A stretch of 64,000 nucleotides of DNA from NCBI GenBank assembly GCA_001600695.1, contig BCKQ01000001.1:2152615-2216614 (forward strand), given 5' to 3'. Under the pieces are notes generated by a model. It did no database searches. It was not told the origin of the DNA and was given only the letters and a program-made list of their open reading frames with translations. Made by a program: the position numbers and the translations under genes. This DNA comes from Ascoidea asiatica JCM 7603 (taxonomy: Eukaryota > Fungi > Ascomycota). Within the stretch, counting starts at the first letter, position 1, and each line of letters opens with the position of its first letter. This document shows, one piece after another, positions 1 to 12,958 of this stretch.

Positions 1-1
1 A

Positions 2-346
2 CCAAAAAAATTAATAAATTTTATTATACGTTATGGTAAAGATTTAGAAAAACCAGCAGAAAATAGACAATTTACTTCTGCAATTACAATTGGTTTAAGT
101 TATTTTATTGGTGGCTTTATACCTTTAATTCCATATTTTTTTATCTCAACTGTTAATATTGGTTTAATTATAAGTTGTATAATAATGTTAATTACATTAT
201 TTGCTTTTGGTTATATCAAAACAACTTTATCTTTAGGTAATGATATAAGTTATGCTTATAAATCTTATGAAGGTTTACAAATGGTTCTTGTTGGAGGTTT
301 TGCTGCTGGTTCAGCATGGGGTCTTGTTAGATTCATAGGTAGTTGA
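2..346 (+). CDS. CCC1: Vacuolar Fe2+/Mn2+ transporter, VIT1/CCC1 family (C-terminal part; gene starts before the window)
   Basis: Manual translation from nt 2: PKKLINFIIRYGKDLEKPAENRQFTSAITIGLSYFIGGFIPLIPYFF...LFAFGYIKT...GLQMVLVGGFAAGSAWGLVRFIGS*, stop TGA 344-346; typical Ccc1 C-terminus. Not in ORF track. Confidence 0.92.
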   Translation, partial: PKKLINFIIRYGKDLEKPAENRQFTSAITIGLSYFIGGFIPLIPYFFISTVNIGLIISCIIMLITLFAFGYIKTTLSLGNDISYAYKSYEGLQMVLVGGFAAGSAWGLVRFIGS

Positions 347-1097
347 GAAAAGTTTAAAATAAGATCAAAAACTTTTGAAATGAAAAAATTGAAAAAATTG
401 AAAAAAATTTGGCTTTTCTTTTTATCATTTTTTGTTTTCTTTATATTTCATCAATTTGTATTATACAACCTATATTCAGTTCCCTTCAATCAATCAATTA
501 AATACTCTTAGAAAATGATTAAATCAGTTATTCAAATAATCATCTAGACTTATATACAACTGGACAACTGTATATTACTCTTGAATTTACTCAATTATTT
601 TGGTTTGTTTTTAGTCTTTTATTTTATGTCTGAAAAATGATTTCATTTATTTCTTAATTAAATTCTATCTTCCTTTATTTTTCTTTTTTCTTCATCTTTA
701 TGCTTTTCTTTCCCTTTGCCATATGGAATTCCATCCTATCTCTGTCTTCATATTATCAACTACGTCTCTTAATTTTTATATTTTTTTATACATCTATACA
801 CTATATAATACTTCTTTACTTGTCAAATTAATAATTGAATAGTTTTTTTCCATTAGTTCAATCTGCGCGTTCTTTGTTATATTTTAGTTCAACCTACTTT
901 TCTGTAATAAATAAAAAGCAAATAAAATATTTATAAAAAAAATATATATACATTAATAAAATTTAAATTATAATATAGGTTCACGATTCAAAGCAAAACA
1001 ATTTAAATATATAAAAAATAAAAAATAGAATACTGAGATATAACATATACTGCACAATTTAGGAGAGATATATTACCAAAAAAATATTCGAAATTGT

Positions 1098-4000
1098 TCA
1101 TAGCTTAGATTCAAAGTAAGAATCATCATCATTATTATCATTAGAATTTTCAGACATTTTTAAAATATTAGTTGGGGTTGGAACTTTGGTCATTGAAAAT
1201 TCTCCAAATGATTCAATTTTATCAATAACTTCTTTACAGTTAATTAAATCTAGTTTATTTAAATTTTGTTCATTAAATTCATTCTTTTTTCTTAAAATAT
1301 TCTCATTAGTCGAGTTCAAATAAACTATTAACTTCGATGAAGTTTCATCATTGTAGAAAAATTCTTCAAAAAATTTAACTAAATCTTGTTTTTTGATTTC
1401 TTCAAGGATTTTTAAATTATCTTGAATCCAATTGAAGTTATAAAAATTTTTGAAAATTGGAGTGAAATATGCAAGATATTCACTTCTTTGATTTTTAAAG
1501 TTTAATAATTCTTTCATATTAGCTTTCAATGAATTGATTTTTCCATTAAATTTTTCATCCGATAAATTCTTAATTAATTCATAAACAGATGTTTTTAGAA
1601 AATGAGTGATTCTTGTTTCAACGTATTCTAAAGGTTTATCTGATTGAATAATAAACTTATAGCCAACAAAATTGGAAGAGTGAAACTTAGAAGAAAAAAT
1701 TAAATAGCATAATTGTTCTTTTGTTCTTAATTGATCAAATGCTAGATCTTTTGTTAATTCACTAAACAAATCTAATAACACTAGATTTTTTTTTGTATTA
1801 TTCATATTGTTTAGCATTTCAACTTCATCACCAATTTGTACAATATATTCAATACATGAATTGACATTTGATCTATCTAATAGATTTGAAGTGAATCTAT
1901 AATTTGAACCTTTATCTAACAAATAATTTTTAGGATATAATAATTCCTTAGGTGTGAAAGTTTTAAATTTCAAATTTGAGAGAAAATCATTGGAAATAAT
2001 TTGTTCAAATTTCATACAATCACTAAAACTAAAATTTCCTATCAATAAAACTTCCAAACTTAACTCTTTAAAGATATTTTCAGCAAAGGCTTTGAAATTT
2101 TTGAAAGAAATTAAATGTGGTGTTTCTAAAACACTTAATCTTTCTTTATAAGTCCAATCGTTAAGATTTATTAGATTAGAAGAAATTTCACCAATTTGCA
2201 AATAAGGAGATGAGAATTGGAAGTTATTAAATTCTCGTAAAATTTCATCTTTGATAGAATCGAATTTTTTAGAATGGAAAATAAAATCATCATCGATAAG
2301 ATTTAGCATATTTTTGAAGAATAATGACAATAAAATATCAAATTTATCATTGAATCCATTAATTTGTAACAATAACCCATTTTTAACTACAGAGAGGTCA
2401 ACAGCGATCTGTGTTGATTGAGCAAAGAAAGAAATATCATTAATCTTCAAGTTAATAAATTTCTCATAAATTAAACCAAAAATGTAATTAATAGGGGAGT
2501 TGTTTATTCTAGGATTCTTGAAGTTAATTGAAACATAACCTTTTGGTTGATTGAAAAAGTTATTATTTTTAAACCAAATTTTCAATAATTTCGAATTTTT
2601 ATACAAAATTGGATAATTACAAGATTTAGATTTATTTAAAGAGGATTTCATCGAAAAATTTTCTGGTAAAAAAGGGTTATCGTTTGGTAAGATAAAGATT
2701 TCTTTATCTGAATTATTTCCGGGGACTATTGGATTTTTCAAACAGTTTAATAAACTATCATCGATTTTTGAAATTGAAAAAGAAGTACTATAATAACTCT
2801 CTTTTAAATTTAACTCTTTTTCATCAAAATCATTTGACGATAAAATTATAATTAAATTTTGAGAAACTAGATATTCATTTAAAATTAATTTAAATTCATC
2901 ATAGTTGAGTTCTTGATTATGAATATCATAAAAATAATATAATAGATTTTTAAAATTATCATCATTATTATAATTAATGAAATGAAGTAAGTTTGAAAGT
3001 TTTGAAACAGTTTGATTATTATTTGATAAATTATCCTTAAAATTAAATTGTAAAGAATTTAATTTTTTGAAATTAATATTAAAAAATTGAGTCAATTGGG
3101 AGTAAGTTAATTTTTTCAAAAAATCTAAATAGTTAAAGATTATAGTTAAAATTAAGTTTAAGTTTGAATTTAAATTTTCAAAGGAGTTTGTAGTTAATTT
3201 AATATTTAAAACTAAATTGTTATTTGAAATCAAATCATAAGTAATATTTAAAAAGTTTATTAAATTTAAATTAAATTTCAAATAATAGTATAAAGAACCA
3301 TTTAGTTTATTATTCAAAATATATTTAATTAAATTGATTGTATTAAATTTTAGAAAATTATTCAAATTTATTGGAATAAAAAATTTCAAAATAATTGAAT
3401 GAATTTTCAAAATTGATTTAATTTTGATAATTTTATTAAAATTTGAATTAAGATTATCTTTTATTGAAATACTATTTTGATAAAAAGGATTAACTTGAAA
3501 TTTATTTAAACTTTTATTTTCAAAGTTATTTAGTAAATTTTTTGAGATTTTCAAAGTTAAATCATTATTTGAAGTTATATTGTTTTCATTGATATTATTA
3601 TTTGTTAAGATTGTTAAATTAATTAAATTTGAGGATAAATATGATTGAATAAAAGTTTTAAGATTATAAATTAAGTTATCAATTGATAAATTTTCATTTA
3701 ATAGAGTTGATAAATTACCAGTTGTGAATTTATGATAAGGATGAATTGGACTTGATAAATGTTTAAATAATTGATGAATTTTCCAATTATTATTTGATAA
3801 ATTTTTATTAAATTCATTATTAATTACAATCAATTCACTTTTTATAATATCTTCAATATCAACTTGATTAAATAGATCATCTAAATTAAATGAATTTATA
3901 AAAATATTTAAAATTTTTAATAATTTTTTTTCATAATCACAATTTTGATTATTTGAATTACAATTAAAATTTAAATAAAAATTTATATTACTATTAGTTG

Positions 4001-4526
4001 TGAAAGCATTTAAATCATCTAAATTACAATCTGAAGATAAAGAAATTTTTTTGTTGATATTTAAAGTAATTAAATGCTCAAATAAATGAGCTAAACCATT
4101 TATATTATTTGGATCATTATATGAACCAATATTTAAATCTAAAGAGATTGAAGTATTTGAAGAACTTGAATCTAAAATTGAATTATCTTGAATTAATAAA
4201 ACTTTTAGATCATTTTTTAGATTAATTAATCTATATTGACGATTATGATTCAAAGGTTTTTTTAAATTTAATTGAATTTCTTGATAATACAAATTATCAT
4301 TTTCATTTTCAATATCATTCATAATTTTTATTTTGTATTGATCTTCAGTATTTGAATCAGATTCTTGAATTCTATCGATTATATCCACAGGTTTGATATC
4401 ATCTGAGTGTTCATTTAATAATTGGTTATCAGAATATGAAAATTGAGATTGATTTCTAGTTTCATTCTCAAATTGAGATTGTGATTGAGATTGAGATTGA
4501 GATTGATTAACAGAACTTATTGTCAT
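1098..4526 (-). CDS. STE23: Insulysin-family (M16A) zinc metallopeptidase, divergent Ste23-like
   Basis: Inverted zinc motif HLFEH, NAFT, distal Glu in INNEFNKN, plus YRLINLKNDLKVLLIQD, HPYHKFTTGN, FDQLRTKEQLCY. Closer to Ste23 than Axl1 by recalled motifs; orthology versus paralogy unresolved. Confidence 0.75.
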   Translation of the reverse strand: MTISSVNQSQSQSQSQSQFENETRNQSQFSYSDNQLLNEHSDDIKPVDIIDRIQESDSNTEDQYKIKIMNDIENENDNLYYQEIQLNLKKPLNHNRQYRLINLKNDLKVLLIQDNSILDSSSSNTSISLDLNIGSYNDPNNINGLAHLFEHLITLNINKKISLSSDCNLDDLNAFTTNSNINFYLNFNCNSNNQNCDYEKKLLKILNIFINSFNLDDLFNQVDIEDIIKSELIVINNEFNKNLSNNNWKIHQLFKHLSSPIHPYHKFTTGNLSTLLNENLSIDNLIYNLKTFIQSYLSSNLINLTILTNNNINENNITSNNDLTLKISKNLLNNFENKSLNKFQVNPFYQNSISIKDNLNSNFNKIIKIKSILKIHSIILKFFIPINLNNFLKFNTINLIKYILNNKLNGSLYYYLKFNLNLINFLNITYDLISNNNLVLNIKLTTNSFENLNSNLNLILTIIFNYLDFLKKLTYSQLTQFFNINFKKLNSLQFNFKDNLSNNNQTVSKLSNLLHFINYNNDDNFKNLLYYFYDIHNQELNYDEFKLILNEYLVSQNLIIILSSNDFDEKELNLKESYYSTSFSISKIDDSLLNCLKNPIVPGNNSDKEIFILPNDNPFLPENFSMKSSLNKSKSCNYPILYKNSKLLKIWFKNNNFFNQPKGYVSINFKNPRINNSPINYIFGLIYEKFINLKINDISFFAQSTQIAVDLSVVKNGLLLQINGFNDKFDILLSLFFKNMLNLIDDDFIFHSKKFDSIKDEILREFNNFQFSSPYLQIGEISSNLINLNDWTYKERLSVLETPHLISFKNFKAFAENIFKELSLEVLLIGNFSFSDCMKFEQIISNDFLSNLKFKTFTPKELLYPKNYLLDKGSNYRFTSNLLDRSNVNSCIEYIVQIGDEVEMLNNMNNTKKNLVLLDLFSELTKDLAFDQLRTKEQLCYLIFSSKFHSSNFVGYKFIIQSDKPLEYVETRITHFLKTSVYELIKNLSDEKFNGKINSLKANMKELLNFKNQRSEYLAYFTPIFKNFYNFNWIQDNLKILEEIKKQDLVKFFEEFFYNDETSSKLIVYLNSTNENILRKKNEFNEQNLNKLDLINCKEVIDKIESFGEFSMTKVPTPTNILKMSENSNDNNDDDSYFESKL

Positions 4527-5020
4527 TTCAATTGAGGATAAATAATGGTTATGCTTTATGCTATTACTATTTTTATTGTAATTATGAATAGACCATTAGA
4601 TGAATGAATTTAAAAATGAATCTGAACAATTGACGATTTTGAAATTGATATTTATATTGGAAATAAATTGATTAAATTAGTGAATGGAATTAAAAGATTG
4701 AATTACTTATTTTCGAACATCCAATTGACAAATAAGCTGATATTGAAATTCAAATTGAAAAACAACGATAAGAAAATGAGTGTTCTTTTCTTCTGAAAGA
4801 GTTTGTTTAATAGTTTCTGAACACTATTTCTATCTTTTTGTTTTGTGATATCGAATGGTTTTAGGGAATATGAAATCTGAAATCTGAAATATCTAAGACA
4901 ATCAACAATCAACAATCAATTAATCGCCAGCTCCAGCATTACTCCAGAATTACTCATTTTAAGTTACTTACTTGTTCAATCGCATCCATAAACGGGGTGC
5001 GTTTAATGGACAGCTATAGA

Positions 5021-5030
5021 CGTGGCGCAG
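5021..5030. promoter_or_regulatory. CGTGGCGCAG, Crz1-like (GNGGCKCA) site in the divergent STE23-like/MMM1 promoter
   Basis: Exact match to GNGGCKCA; the 9-mer CGTGGCGCA recurs at 16102-16110 and (reverse) 29978-29986. Confidence 0.35.
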
Positions 5031-5451
5031 CTTCTTTATTGGGTAATACGGTCGGAAATAAATTTACCGGTAGTAAATGTTATTTCATGCCTCTAGCGGT
5101 TACAGCGTGTCGCTAAAAGCAACCATGATTTTTGTGCGCTTTTCTACATTAGCTCCAGGTTTTTGGTAAATCCAAAACTGTGGATATAAAAATTCAAAAA
5201 AAGGAATTCCCCAAATCTGGCGATAGTTGAAATTGAATGTTGGATGCTGACGATGTTCAATTTTGTTCTGGTTTTATGTTTAACTCAAAATAAAGGTTAT
5301 TTCTTGATTTGGACGACGAACTCAAATCTCTGCATATTCCCAATGAAATATTAATAATTAAAGTAAAGAGGATAAGTTCTAACTGATCAGAACGAAAAAG
5401 AAGTTGAAAAATAATAAAAAGAGAATAACCAAAGAACATCCAAGAAACGTT

Positions 5452-7176
5452 ATGACCTCTGAGTACCAATTTTCTTTATCCTATTCAGATTCAAAATCTG
5501 TATCCTCTTACCCAAGTTTAACTGATTTTTCAAATACTCCTTTAAATGATCCTTCTAGCAAAACTGTTCGAGATGAAAATATCATCAACGATAGGAATAA
5601 AAATGATGATATAAATAATAATGGTGTTATACAGTCTAATACACAACTTATTCAAGAAACTAGTAAGAATACAAATCTTGAAACAACTACTTCTTCAATA
5701 ATCAAAACAACTTCAAATACTAAAAACGATTTAAATCAAGAATCAATTAATAAACCTCAGGTTCAAACTGTTTTATCAATAGATGATTATATTTCAAAAG
5801 CAATAGAAAATAAATTATTATCTTATTCAAACCAATATCAACTACAATTATCAAATTTGAATAAATTAAATAATCTAAATAATCCAAATGATGTGACTAA
5901 CATGAATAATTTAAATTCACAAATTTCTAATAATAATAATAATAATAATTTCAATTTCTATAGTTTTACTCAAGGTTTATTAATTGGCCAATTCACTGTT
6001 GTATTAATTTTACTCTTGTTTATAAAATTTTTTATATTCTCAGATTCTATACCCAATAATAAAAATAAAACTAATGATAATTTATCTAATAATGATAAAA
6101 ATTCAAAAAACTATAATAATAACAAAACTAATATAAATTCTTCAAATAGTGTTAAATTCAATACTTCAATCAATGATATATTCAAAAAAAAATTGAAATT
6201 TTCTTCAAATTATATAACTTTTTCAAATATGAATTTAAATCATAATCTAAATAATAATTTAAATAATAACAAGTCTGACTCAAATTCAAATAAAGAAAAA
6301 ATTAATTCAATTTTAGAAAAAACTTATTATGATGTAAATCAACATCATTCCGAATCTTTAGATTGGTTTAATGTTTTAATCGCTCAAATTATTTCTCAAT
6401 TTAGATATGAAGCTTTAAATTCAAATAATCTTATAAATTCTTTAGAAAAAATTTTATCCTCAAATGATTCTTCAATTAAATTACCTGATTGGTTAGATCA
6501 AATAAAAATCAATGAAATTGATATAGGTGATGATTTTCCAATTTTTTCAAATTGTAGAATACTTGAAAAAAATTTACCAATTAATAATAATCCTGATAAT
6601 ATTAAAAATTTAGAAGCAAAAATTGATGTAGATTTATCTGATACTTTAACTATTGGTATTGAAACAAATTTATTAATTAATCAACCTAAATTTTTAACTG
6701 CTGCTTTACCAATATCATTATCTGTTTCAATTGTAAGATTTTCTGGTTGTTTATCTGTTTCATTAGTTTCAACTTCTGATCATGAGTTTTTAAAGTTATA
6801 TAATAACTCTCATCAAACTAAAAAAGATAATGAAAATTCAAATAATATTAATAATTTAACTAAAAGTGCTGCCCTACTATTTTCTTTTTCAAAAGATTAT
6901 AGATTAGAATTTAAAATAAATTCATTAATTGGATCAAGAAGCAAATTAGAAAATGTTCCAAAAATTGGTTATTTAATTGAACAAAGATTAAAAGAATGGT
7001 TTACTGAAAGATGTGTTGAGCCTAGATTTCAATTAATTCCATTGCCGAATATTTGGCCAAGAAAAAAAAATGTAATTCCAGTTGTTAATAATAATCCCAA
7101 TGGTCATGATAATCATAATAATGATGACGATGATAGTATTAATAGTAATGCCGATAATAACAGTTCAACAACATAA
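5452..7176 (+). CDS. MMM1: ERMES complex subunit Mmm1 (SMP domain)
   Basis: TM segment SFTQGLLIGQFTVVLILLLFIKFFIFSD; ESLDWFNVLIAQ; DIGDDFPIFSNCRI; SLIGSRSKLENVPKI; RCVEPRFQ. First in-frame ATG is 5452 (ORF track starts at TTG 5404). Confidence 0.95.
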   Translation: MTSEYQFSLSYSDSKSVSSYPSLTDFSNTPLNDPSSKTVRDENIINDRNKNDDINNNGVIQSNTQLIQETSKNTNLETTTSSIIKTTSNTKNDLNQESINKPQVQTVLSIDDYISKAIENKLLSYSNQYQLQLSNLNKLNNLNNPNDVTNMNNLNSQISNNNNNNNFNFYSFTQGLLIGQFTVVLILLLFIKFFIFSDSIPNNKNKTNDNLSNNDKNSKNYNNNKTNINSSNSVKFNTSINDIFKKKLKFSSNYITFSNMNLNHNLNNNLNNNKSDSNSNKEKINSILEKTYYDVNQHHSESLDWFNVLIAQIISQFRYEALNSNNLINSLEKILSSNDSSIKLPDWLDQIKINEIDIGDDFPIFSNCRILEKNLPINNNPDNIKNLEAKIDVDLSDTLTIGIETNLLINQPKFLTAALPISLSVSIVRFSGCLSVSLVSTSDHEFLKLYNNSHQTKKDNENSNNINNLTKSAALLFSFSKDYRLEFKINSLIGSRSKLENVPKIGYLIEQRLKEWFTERCVEPRFQLIPLPNIWPRKKNVIPVVNNNPNGHDNHNNDDDDSINSNADNNSSTT

Positions 7177-7481
7177 ATAACCTTTATTTGAATAGTAATT
7201 ATTTGATATTCAATTTTAAGAACTTTGTATATAATTTATATAATGTATAATAATAAAAAAAAAAGAATAATATGTTTATATTAAAGTGAATGTAAAAGCA
7301 GGTTAGAAAGATTCAAATTTTATGAATTAAATAGAAATAAGTGTTAACAAAAAAGACTACTAAAAGAAAAAAAAAAAAGACAAAAATTAAAATGAATATT
7401 ACAAAATACATTTGAAAAAAAAAAAATTATTAAACCTATTTACCTAATCGATTGATCACTCAGAACTCAAATTAATTAATC

Positions 7482-10400
7482 TTAAATCTGTTTATTTGAT
7501 GTATCATTCAATATTCCTCCTGTATTAGAATTAGAATAACTAACTGTTTTATTAAATGTAACCAATTTCTTATCTTCTCCAACTAATTCATTCTCTTTTG
7601 ATAAATTTTCATCATTTTCAGTAGTTTCTTTACTATTTACAAGAATCGGCTTTTGTGGGGATTTTTGCTGAGGTTCAGCTTTAATAGATAAATCCTTAAG
7701 ATTATTATTTAAAGCTTCATTTGATAAATTTTCCATTTCTATTTCTTCTATTTCTTTTTGATTCTCCTTGGCTTCATTTTCTATTATTACTTTTTCATTT
7801 TCTAGTTCTTTCTTTTTCTCTTTTTCATTTTCTAAATTTTCTTTTAGCTTTTCATTTTCTAAATCTTCCTTAGCCTTTCTATCAGCCATTAGCTTTTCGG
7901 CTTTTTCTCTTTCTTGATCTCTCTTTTTCTCTTCTTCTTCTTCTATTTTCTTTTGTTCTTCTTCTTCTTTAGTAAGATAGAAATGATGTTTATGATTTTT
8001 ACCTTTATAATATGTCTTTAAGAATAATACTTGATCTTTAGTTAAACCTTTATCATTATTTCTTGATAATTTTTTAGATAATTGATAAATTTTCAAAGGA
8101 TCTGTTTCAGTATCCGTATCATCTGTTAAAGAAATAATTCTTTCTTCATCAGAATCTGAAGAGTCTCCTTCAGAATCACTTGATTCTGGAGCTGCATGAC
8201 AATGACAGTAATCAATATTAACAAACCATTCACTTTCATAAATTTGTTCTAAAGAAATTCTATTTTCTGGATCTAAATCTAACATTCTACTAACTAATTC
8301 TCTTGAAGCATGAGGTAATAATCTTAATAATTTATATGGACCTTTTGTTTTGGATTTTGGTATAATTGTTTTACCATTAGAATCTTTTAAATTTGGATCA
8401 TAATTATCAGGCATTGTAGCAAAATTTTTATAAGAATTATCAGTTAATTTTGGACATTTCCATGGGAATCTTTTAAGAATCATACAACAATAAATTATAG
8501 CTATAGACCATATATCACTAGGTCTTGGATCATAATATCTATGAGTTAAAACTTCTGGTGCTAAATAAGGATCAGAACCAACAATACCTTTACACTTAAC
8601 AATTTCTTCTTCAAATGGATATCTAAATACAATTGCAGAACCAAAATCAATAAGTTTCAAAATACCATATTTATTTACGACACAATTATCTAATTTTAAA
8701 TCTCTATGAGCTAAACCCATTGAATGTAAATATTTAACACCTTCAACAATTTGTCTAAAATAACAGAAAATTTCATGTTTTCCCATTAAACCACTCATAA
8801 CAATATTAAAAAAATCATAAGGACAATATTCCATAACAATTAAAATTTTTAAATTTGATTCTTTTAATAAATCATAAGTTTCAATAATATTTTCATGATG
8901 TAAAGTTGAACCAATCATAAATTCACTTGTTATTTTTTTATTATAATCACTTATTGATTCTCTTTGATTTTTTGGTCTGAATAATTTAACAGCAAATAAT
9001 TTTCCATCAGATGGTCTTTCAACAACAGATACAGAACCTCCTGCACCTTCACCTAATAATTTACCAGGAATACCATATTTTTCAATTAATTCAGAAGCAG
9101 ATTCTCCATCAAATAATAATTTTCCAGAAGGACCACTTGCAGTTGGAGATTCAGGAATATTTTCTTTTGAATTATTTAATATTTGAGTTAATTTTTGTTG
9201 ATTTTCTAATTTTTGTTTTTGTTGTTTTTGTTGTTGTTGATCTTGTTGTTGTTGTTTTAAATGATGTAATTTTGATAAACCAGGGGTTAAATTTTTTTTT
9301 GAAGAATCTTTATTTGGATGTATATTAACTAAAGAACTCAGTAAAGAATGATGAGTATTTTTATTATTATTAATATTTGCACCAGAAGAATCGGATTGAA
9401 TTGAAGAAAAAGAAGATTTATTTAAATTAGCTGAAATTAAAGATTTAGAATTATTTTCAACTTTTTTAGTACCTTTTTTAAAAAATCTTTTCAAAGAATT
9501 ATGATTATTATGTCTTATGGCTTGAACTTCTTTATGTTTTAATTGAATTTGTTCAATAGCCTTTGAATTGAATTGTCTAACATTATTTTGAACTTTAATA
9601 TGATGATCATGTAATTTTACGATAGGTTTTGGAATTGGCATTGGTTTTTGATTTAAAAAAGATTTTCTATTATTTAATTTTGAAACTTTTTTATCATCAG
9701 GTTTTAAATGATTATCTTTTTTTTTAATTTTTTTTTCATCATTTTCAATGGATTTATTATTATTGATATTACTATTATTACTATTAGAATTTGAGTATAA
9801 GGACGAAGAAGTAAAATTTGGAGATAATTTATGTATTGAGTTTTTTGGAGTTAAATCATTATTAATGTTAGTAGTATTTATTTTGATATTTGGTTTATTA
9901 TGTGAATTTATATCATCTTTTAAAGTTATATTTGAATCTTTTTCATGATCTTTAACTTTAATTACTAAACTACTTGAACTATTACTATTATTACTGTTAC
10001 TACTATTATGACTATTATGAGTACTGTGAGTATTATGAGTATTTTGAGTGGTATGACTAGTATTACTATTATTACTTGTATTACTATCACTTTTTTTATT
10101 AATATTTATATTGCTACTATTATTATTGTTGTTATTGGTATTGGAAAACAATTTTGAATCATTTGAAAAAGAGCGATCACTATTTTTATTAAAAAATCTT
10201 CTTTTTGAAGATTTTGATTGAATACTATTTTGTAAACTATTTTGACTAATTTTTGGAGATAATATATTATTATTGGTGCTATTATTATTATTATTATTGC
10301 TATTATTAAAATCATTTAATAAACTTAAAGCATTTGAACTATTTGAATTATTTTTATGATGATGAAATAAAGAAGAAGTAGAAGAATCTATAGATAAATT

Positions 10401-10886
10401 ATTTGAATTATTTAAATTTGTATTTGAATTTGAATGTGATTGAGAATTTGAACCATTTGTGAAAAGTTTGAATTTATTTTTTGCATTTTTAAATATTCCA
10501 GAAGATGAATTATGTAATTTTTTATTATTACGATTGGTATTATTGATTGTGTTATTGATTGTATTATTGAATGTATTATTAGTTGAATTATTGATTGGAA
10601 TATCATTGTTATTATTATTATTATCAAGAGTATTGATATAAACTGGACTATTATTTAAAGAAGAAGTTGTTGAATATTCACTAATTATTGATTGCATACC
10701 TGTTGAATTTGATTGATTCATTGAGACTGAATTTAAATGATTATTATTAACATTATTATTTGGAGAATTATTAATATTAATACTGATATTATTATTATTG
10801 TTTGGATTAATAGGAGATTGAATTGGAGATTTAAATTGAGATTTAATTGGAGTCTTAACAGGTTTTATTGGAGTTTGATCAACCAT
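7482..10886 (-). CDS. RTK1: NPR/HAL-family Ser/Thr kinase, Rtk1/Hrk1-like, with long Asn/Ser-rich N-terminus
   Basis: [74 protein letters not shown]. The [13 protein letters not shown] wording favours Rtk1 over Hrk1. Confidence 0.85.
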   Translation of the reverse strand: MVDQTPIKPVKTPIKSQFKSPIQSPINPNNNNNISININNSPNNNVNNNHLNSVSMNQSNSTGMQSIISEYSTTSSLNNSPVYINTLDNNNNNNDIPINNSTNNTFNNTINNTINNTNRNNKKLHNSSSGIFKNAKNKFKLFTNGSNSQSHSNSNTNLNNSNNLSIDSSTSSLFHHHKNNSNSSNALSLLNDFNNSNNNNNNSTNNNILSPKISQNSLQNSIQSKSSKRRFFNKNSDRSFSNDSKLFSNTNNNNNNSSNININKKSDSNTSNNSNTSHTTQNTHNTHSTHNSHNSSNSNNSNSSSSLVIKVKDHEKDSNITLKDDINSHNKPNIKINTTNINNDLTPKNSIHKLSPNFTSSSLYSNSNSNNSNINNNKSIENDEKKIKKKDNHLKPDDKKVSKLNNRKSFLNQKPMPIPKPIVKLHDHHIKVQNNVRQFNSKAIEQIQLKHKEVQAIRHNNHNSLKRFFKKGTKKVENNSKSLISANLNKSSFSSIQSDSSGANINNNKNTHHSLLSSLVNIHPNKDSSKKNLTPGLSKLHHLKQQQQDQQQQKQQKQKLENQQKLTQILNNSKENIPESPTASGPSGKLLFDGESASELIEKYGIPGKLLGEGAGGSVSVVERPSDGKLFAVKLFRPKNQRESISDYNKKITSEFMIGSTLHHENIIETYDLLKESNLKILIVMEYCPYDFFNIVMSGLMGKHEIFCYFRQIVEGVKYLHSMGLAHRDLKLDNCVVNKYGILKLIDFGSAIVFRYPFEEEIVKCKGIVGSDPYLAPEVLTHRYYDPRPSDIWSIAIIYCCMILKRFPWKCPKLTDNSYKNFATMPDNYDPNLKDSNGKTIIPKSKTKGPYKLLRLLPHASRELVSRMLDLDPENRISLEQIYESEWFVNIDYCHCHAAPESSDSEGDSSDSDEERIISLTDDTDTETDPLKIYQLSKKLSRNNDKGLTKDQVLFLKTYYKGKNHKHHFYLTKEEEEQKKIEEEEEKKRDQEREKAEKLMADRKAKEDLENEKLKENLENEKEKKKELENEKVIIENEAKENQKEIEEIEMENLSNEALNNNLKDLSIKAEPQQKSPQKPILVNSKETTENDENLSKENELVGEDKKLVTFNKTVSYSNSNTGGILNDTSNKQI

Positions 10887-11619
10887 TTTTAGAGATAATT
10901 GATTAATTGACTAATTGATTTATTGACTGAGTGATTTGGTGATTGATAGCTATTTAGAAAATGGAGTAATTGCGCAATATTAAGAATAAGAATAGTAATA
11001 TAATGATGATTATAATGATGATTCTATATTGATTTGATAAATATTAAAATGATTAATAATAATTAAAGATGATGATGATAATTTATTATGATTTCTAAAG
11101 ATAATAATAAAGATGATTCCAGTTTCGATAGCTATCTCAAGATGGGAATGGTGGATCAAAAAAAAAGCGCCCAATAAAAGAATAGACAATAGAATTTAAA
11201 TACAATACAATAAATATAATATTTTATGTCAGTTTGATATTAGATAGATATATTAAATATTTGATGATGATAATGAAAATGATTATGATTGTGATAATGA
11301 TTATGAATATGAATAAAATTGAAATTGAATTTGAATTTGAAATTGAATAAGTTCTTGAAAATGAATATGAGATTGATAATGGATGTATTTTAACGAATTT
11401 TAAAATAGTTTAATTGAATTATCAGTGATTGTAAGTGTAAGTAAAGTGGAAGTGGAAGTGGTAGTGAATAATTTAATTACTGAACTATTGGGCTACTGAA
11501 GTAAATTGAATTTAATGAATTTGCAGTTCTAATCGTATTATTGCAATGAGTTAATAAATTAGTAAGTTAGAAGTAGCAGTTGAAATAGCATTGTGAATTA
11601 AGTGGTGGATTAAGTGGTG

Positions 11620-12215
11620 GTACTGCGGGAGATACGCTAACTACGGAATCCACCGTACTACTCGCCACACTTTGCCACACCGCTTTGTAAGATATTCCCT
11701 TAACTACGAAGGCACTCGCCACGTTACACCCCATCCGTCCTGGATATCCGGCCTATTGCAGCACTTGAGAAGCGGACGGGCCACCTGGCCCCGTGGTGAG
11801 CCTCCAGGCACGCACACCACAAGTGGCCACACAAGCCCCGTCGGCTGTTCAAGCCACATTTAAGCTTGCAGTGAATCAGCAGGTCCCGTGCCCAGCTCAG
11901 GGTTTCCCTTTCTGCCCAACAGTTCACCACACAATCAGTTGTTAATTAACCACTCGCGCAACGCTTTTGTTTGTTGCTGTCCACAGCCTGAGCCCTCTCT
12001 CTCTCTAGCTCGGCTCCAGAAACTGCCACTACCCGCTTCCGCTCGTGCCGTCTTATCTCCGCTCGTGCCTTGCTATTGTAACTTTTCTACTGGCTTCCTT
12101 TGCTTTCCGTTCGCTTAGTTAACGGATATCGGAACATAAATCCAAGGGAAATCCAAATCATAACAGCAATGATAATAGCAATAATAATTCCAAAAGTTTC
12201 CGGGCCGTTCCGTTG
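11620..12215. promoter_or_regulatory. GC-rich upstream regulatory island of the RTK1-like gene with clustered GCCAC motifs
   Basis: Abrupt rise in GC. GCCAC at 11664, 11674, 11718, 11780, 11826, 11853, 12025; TGAGCCTC (reverse GAGGCTCA) at 11797-11804. Only short uncredible ORFs. Confidence 0.55.
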
Positions 12216-12958
12216 CTTTTTTTGAAAAATTAATGCCTTTAGGAACAAGACTTAGAAATCCATGGATTCTTCCATTTTTCATTTTCCAAAGTCACAAAGT
12301 CAGAAAAATCACAAACTTCAATAAAATCGATATAATCAAAGGAATCACCAAACCACCATTTTTAATCTTTCCAATTCAATAAGAAAAAGTGCTTCAATAT
12401 CCAAAATTATGAATAATATTCATTAACATTACTCTGAAAAAGTTCATTATTTGAAAGTATTTGTAATTCAAAGTCTCATGATATTCATTTCAAATAAAGT
12501 TATCTAGAGACCAAATCAAAGGAACTCTTTTTCTCTCGAGTTCTATTTATTTAACGCTATTTTAATTAACTTTTTTACGGTGAACTCACGTGATTTAACC
12601 TAAAATCATAACTATTTATCCGAAAACCTTTAATTTGATGAATAAATGAATCTATTAAAATAAAGAATACAGAATATAAAGAGTTAAGAATAAAGAATAT
12701 AAAGAAAAAATGTACAGAAATATAATAAGTTAATAAAAAATTTCATTAAATTGGGATAATAAAAGCTTACGATAATACTAAAATTATTTTATTTCCCACA
12801 CTCTTTAAATGATTTTTGATAGGAAATTCATTTTTTTTTATTGTATATTGTATATTGCTTCATTAAAATATATACAAGTAATCTTTATATACATACTGTA
12901 TAATAGCTTGATATCAATTTGTAATTTAGTTATGTCAATAATCTATATAGAAATCCAT

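Noticed and set aside
5404-5451. N-terminal extension of MMM1 in the ORF track
   Set aside because: Begins at TTG; the first ATG is 5452.
11672-12118. Three short ORFs in the GC island
   Set aside because: Non-ATG starts and codon usage unlike the real genes; better explained as promoter DNA.
12586-12626. TCACGTGA followed by AT-rich DNA and TCCGAA as a point centromere
   Set aside because: The spacer is only about 25 bp and there is no CDEIII context; treated as an ordinary E-box.
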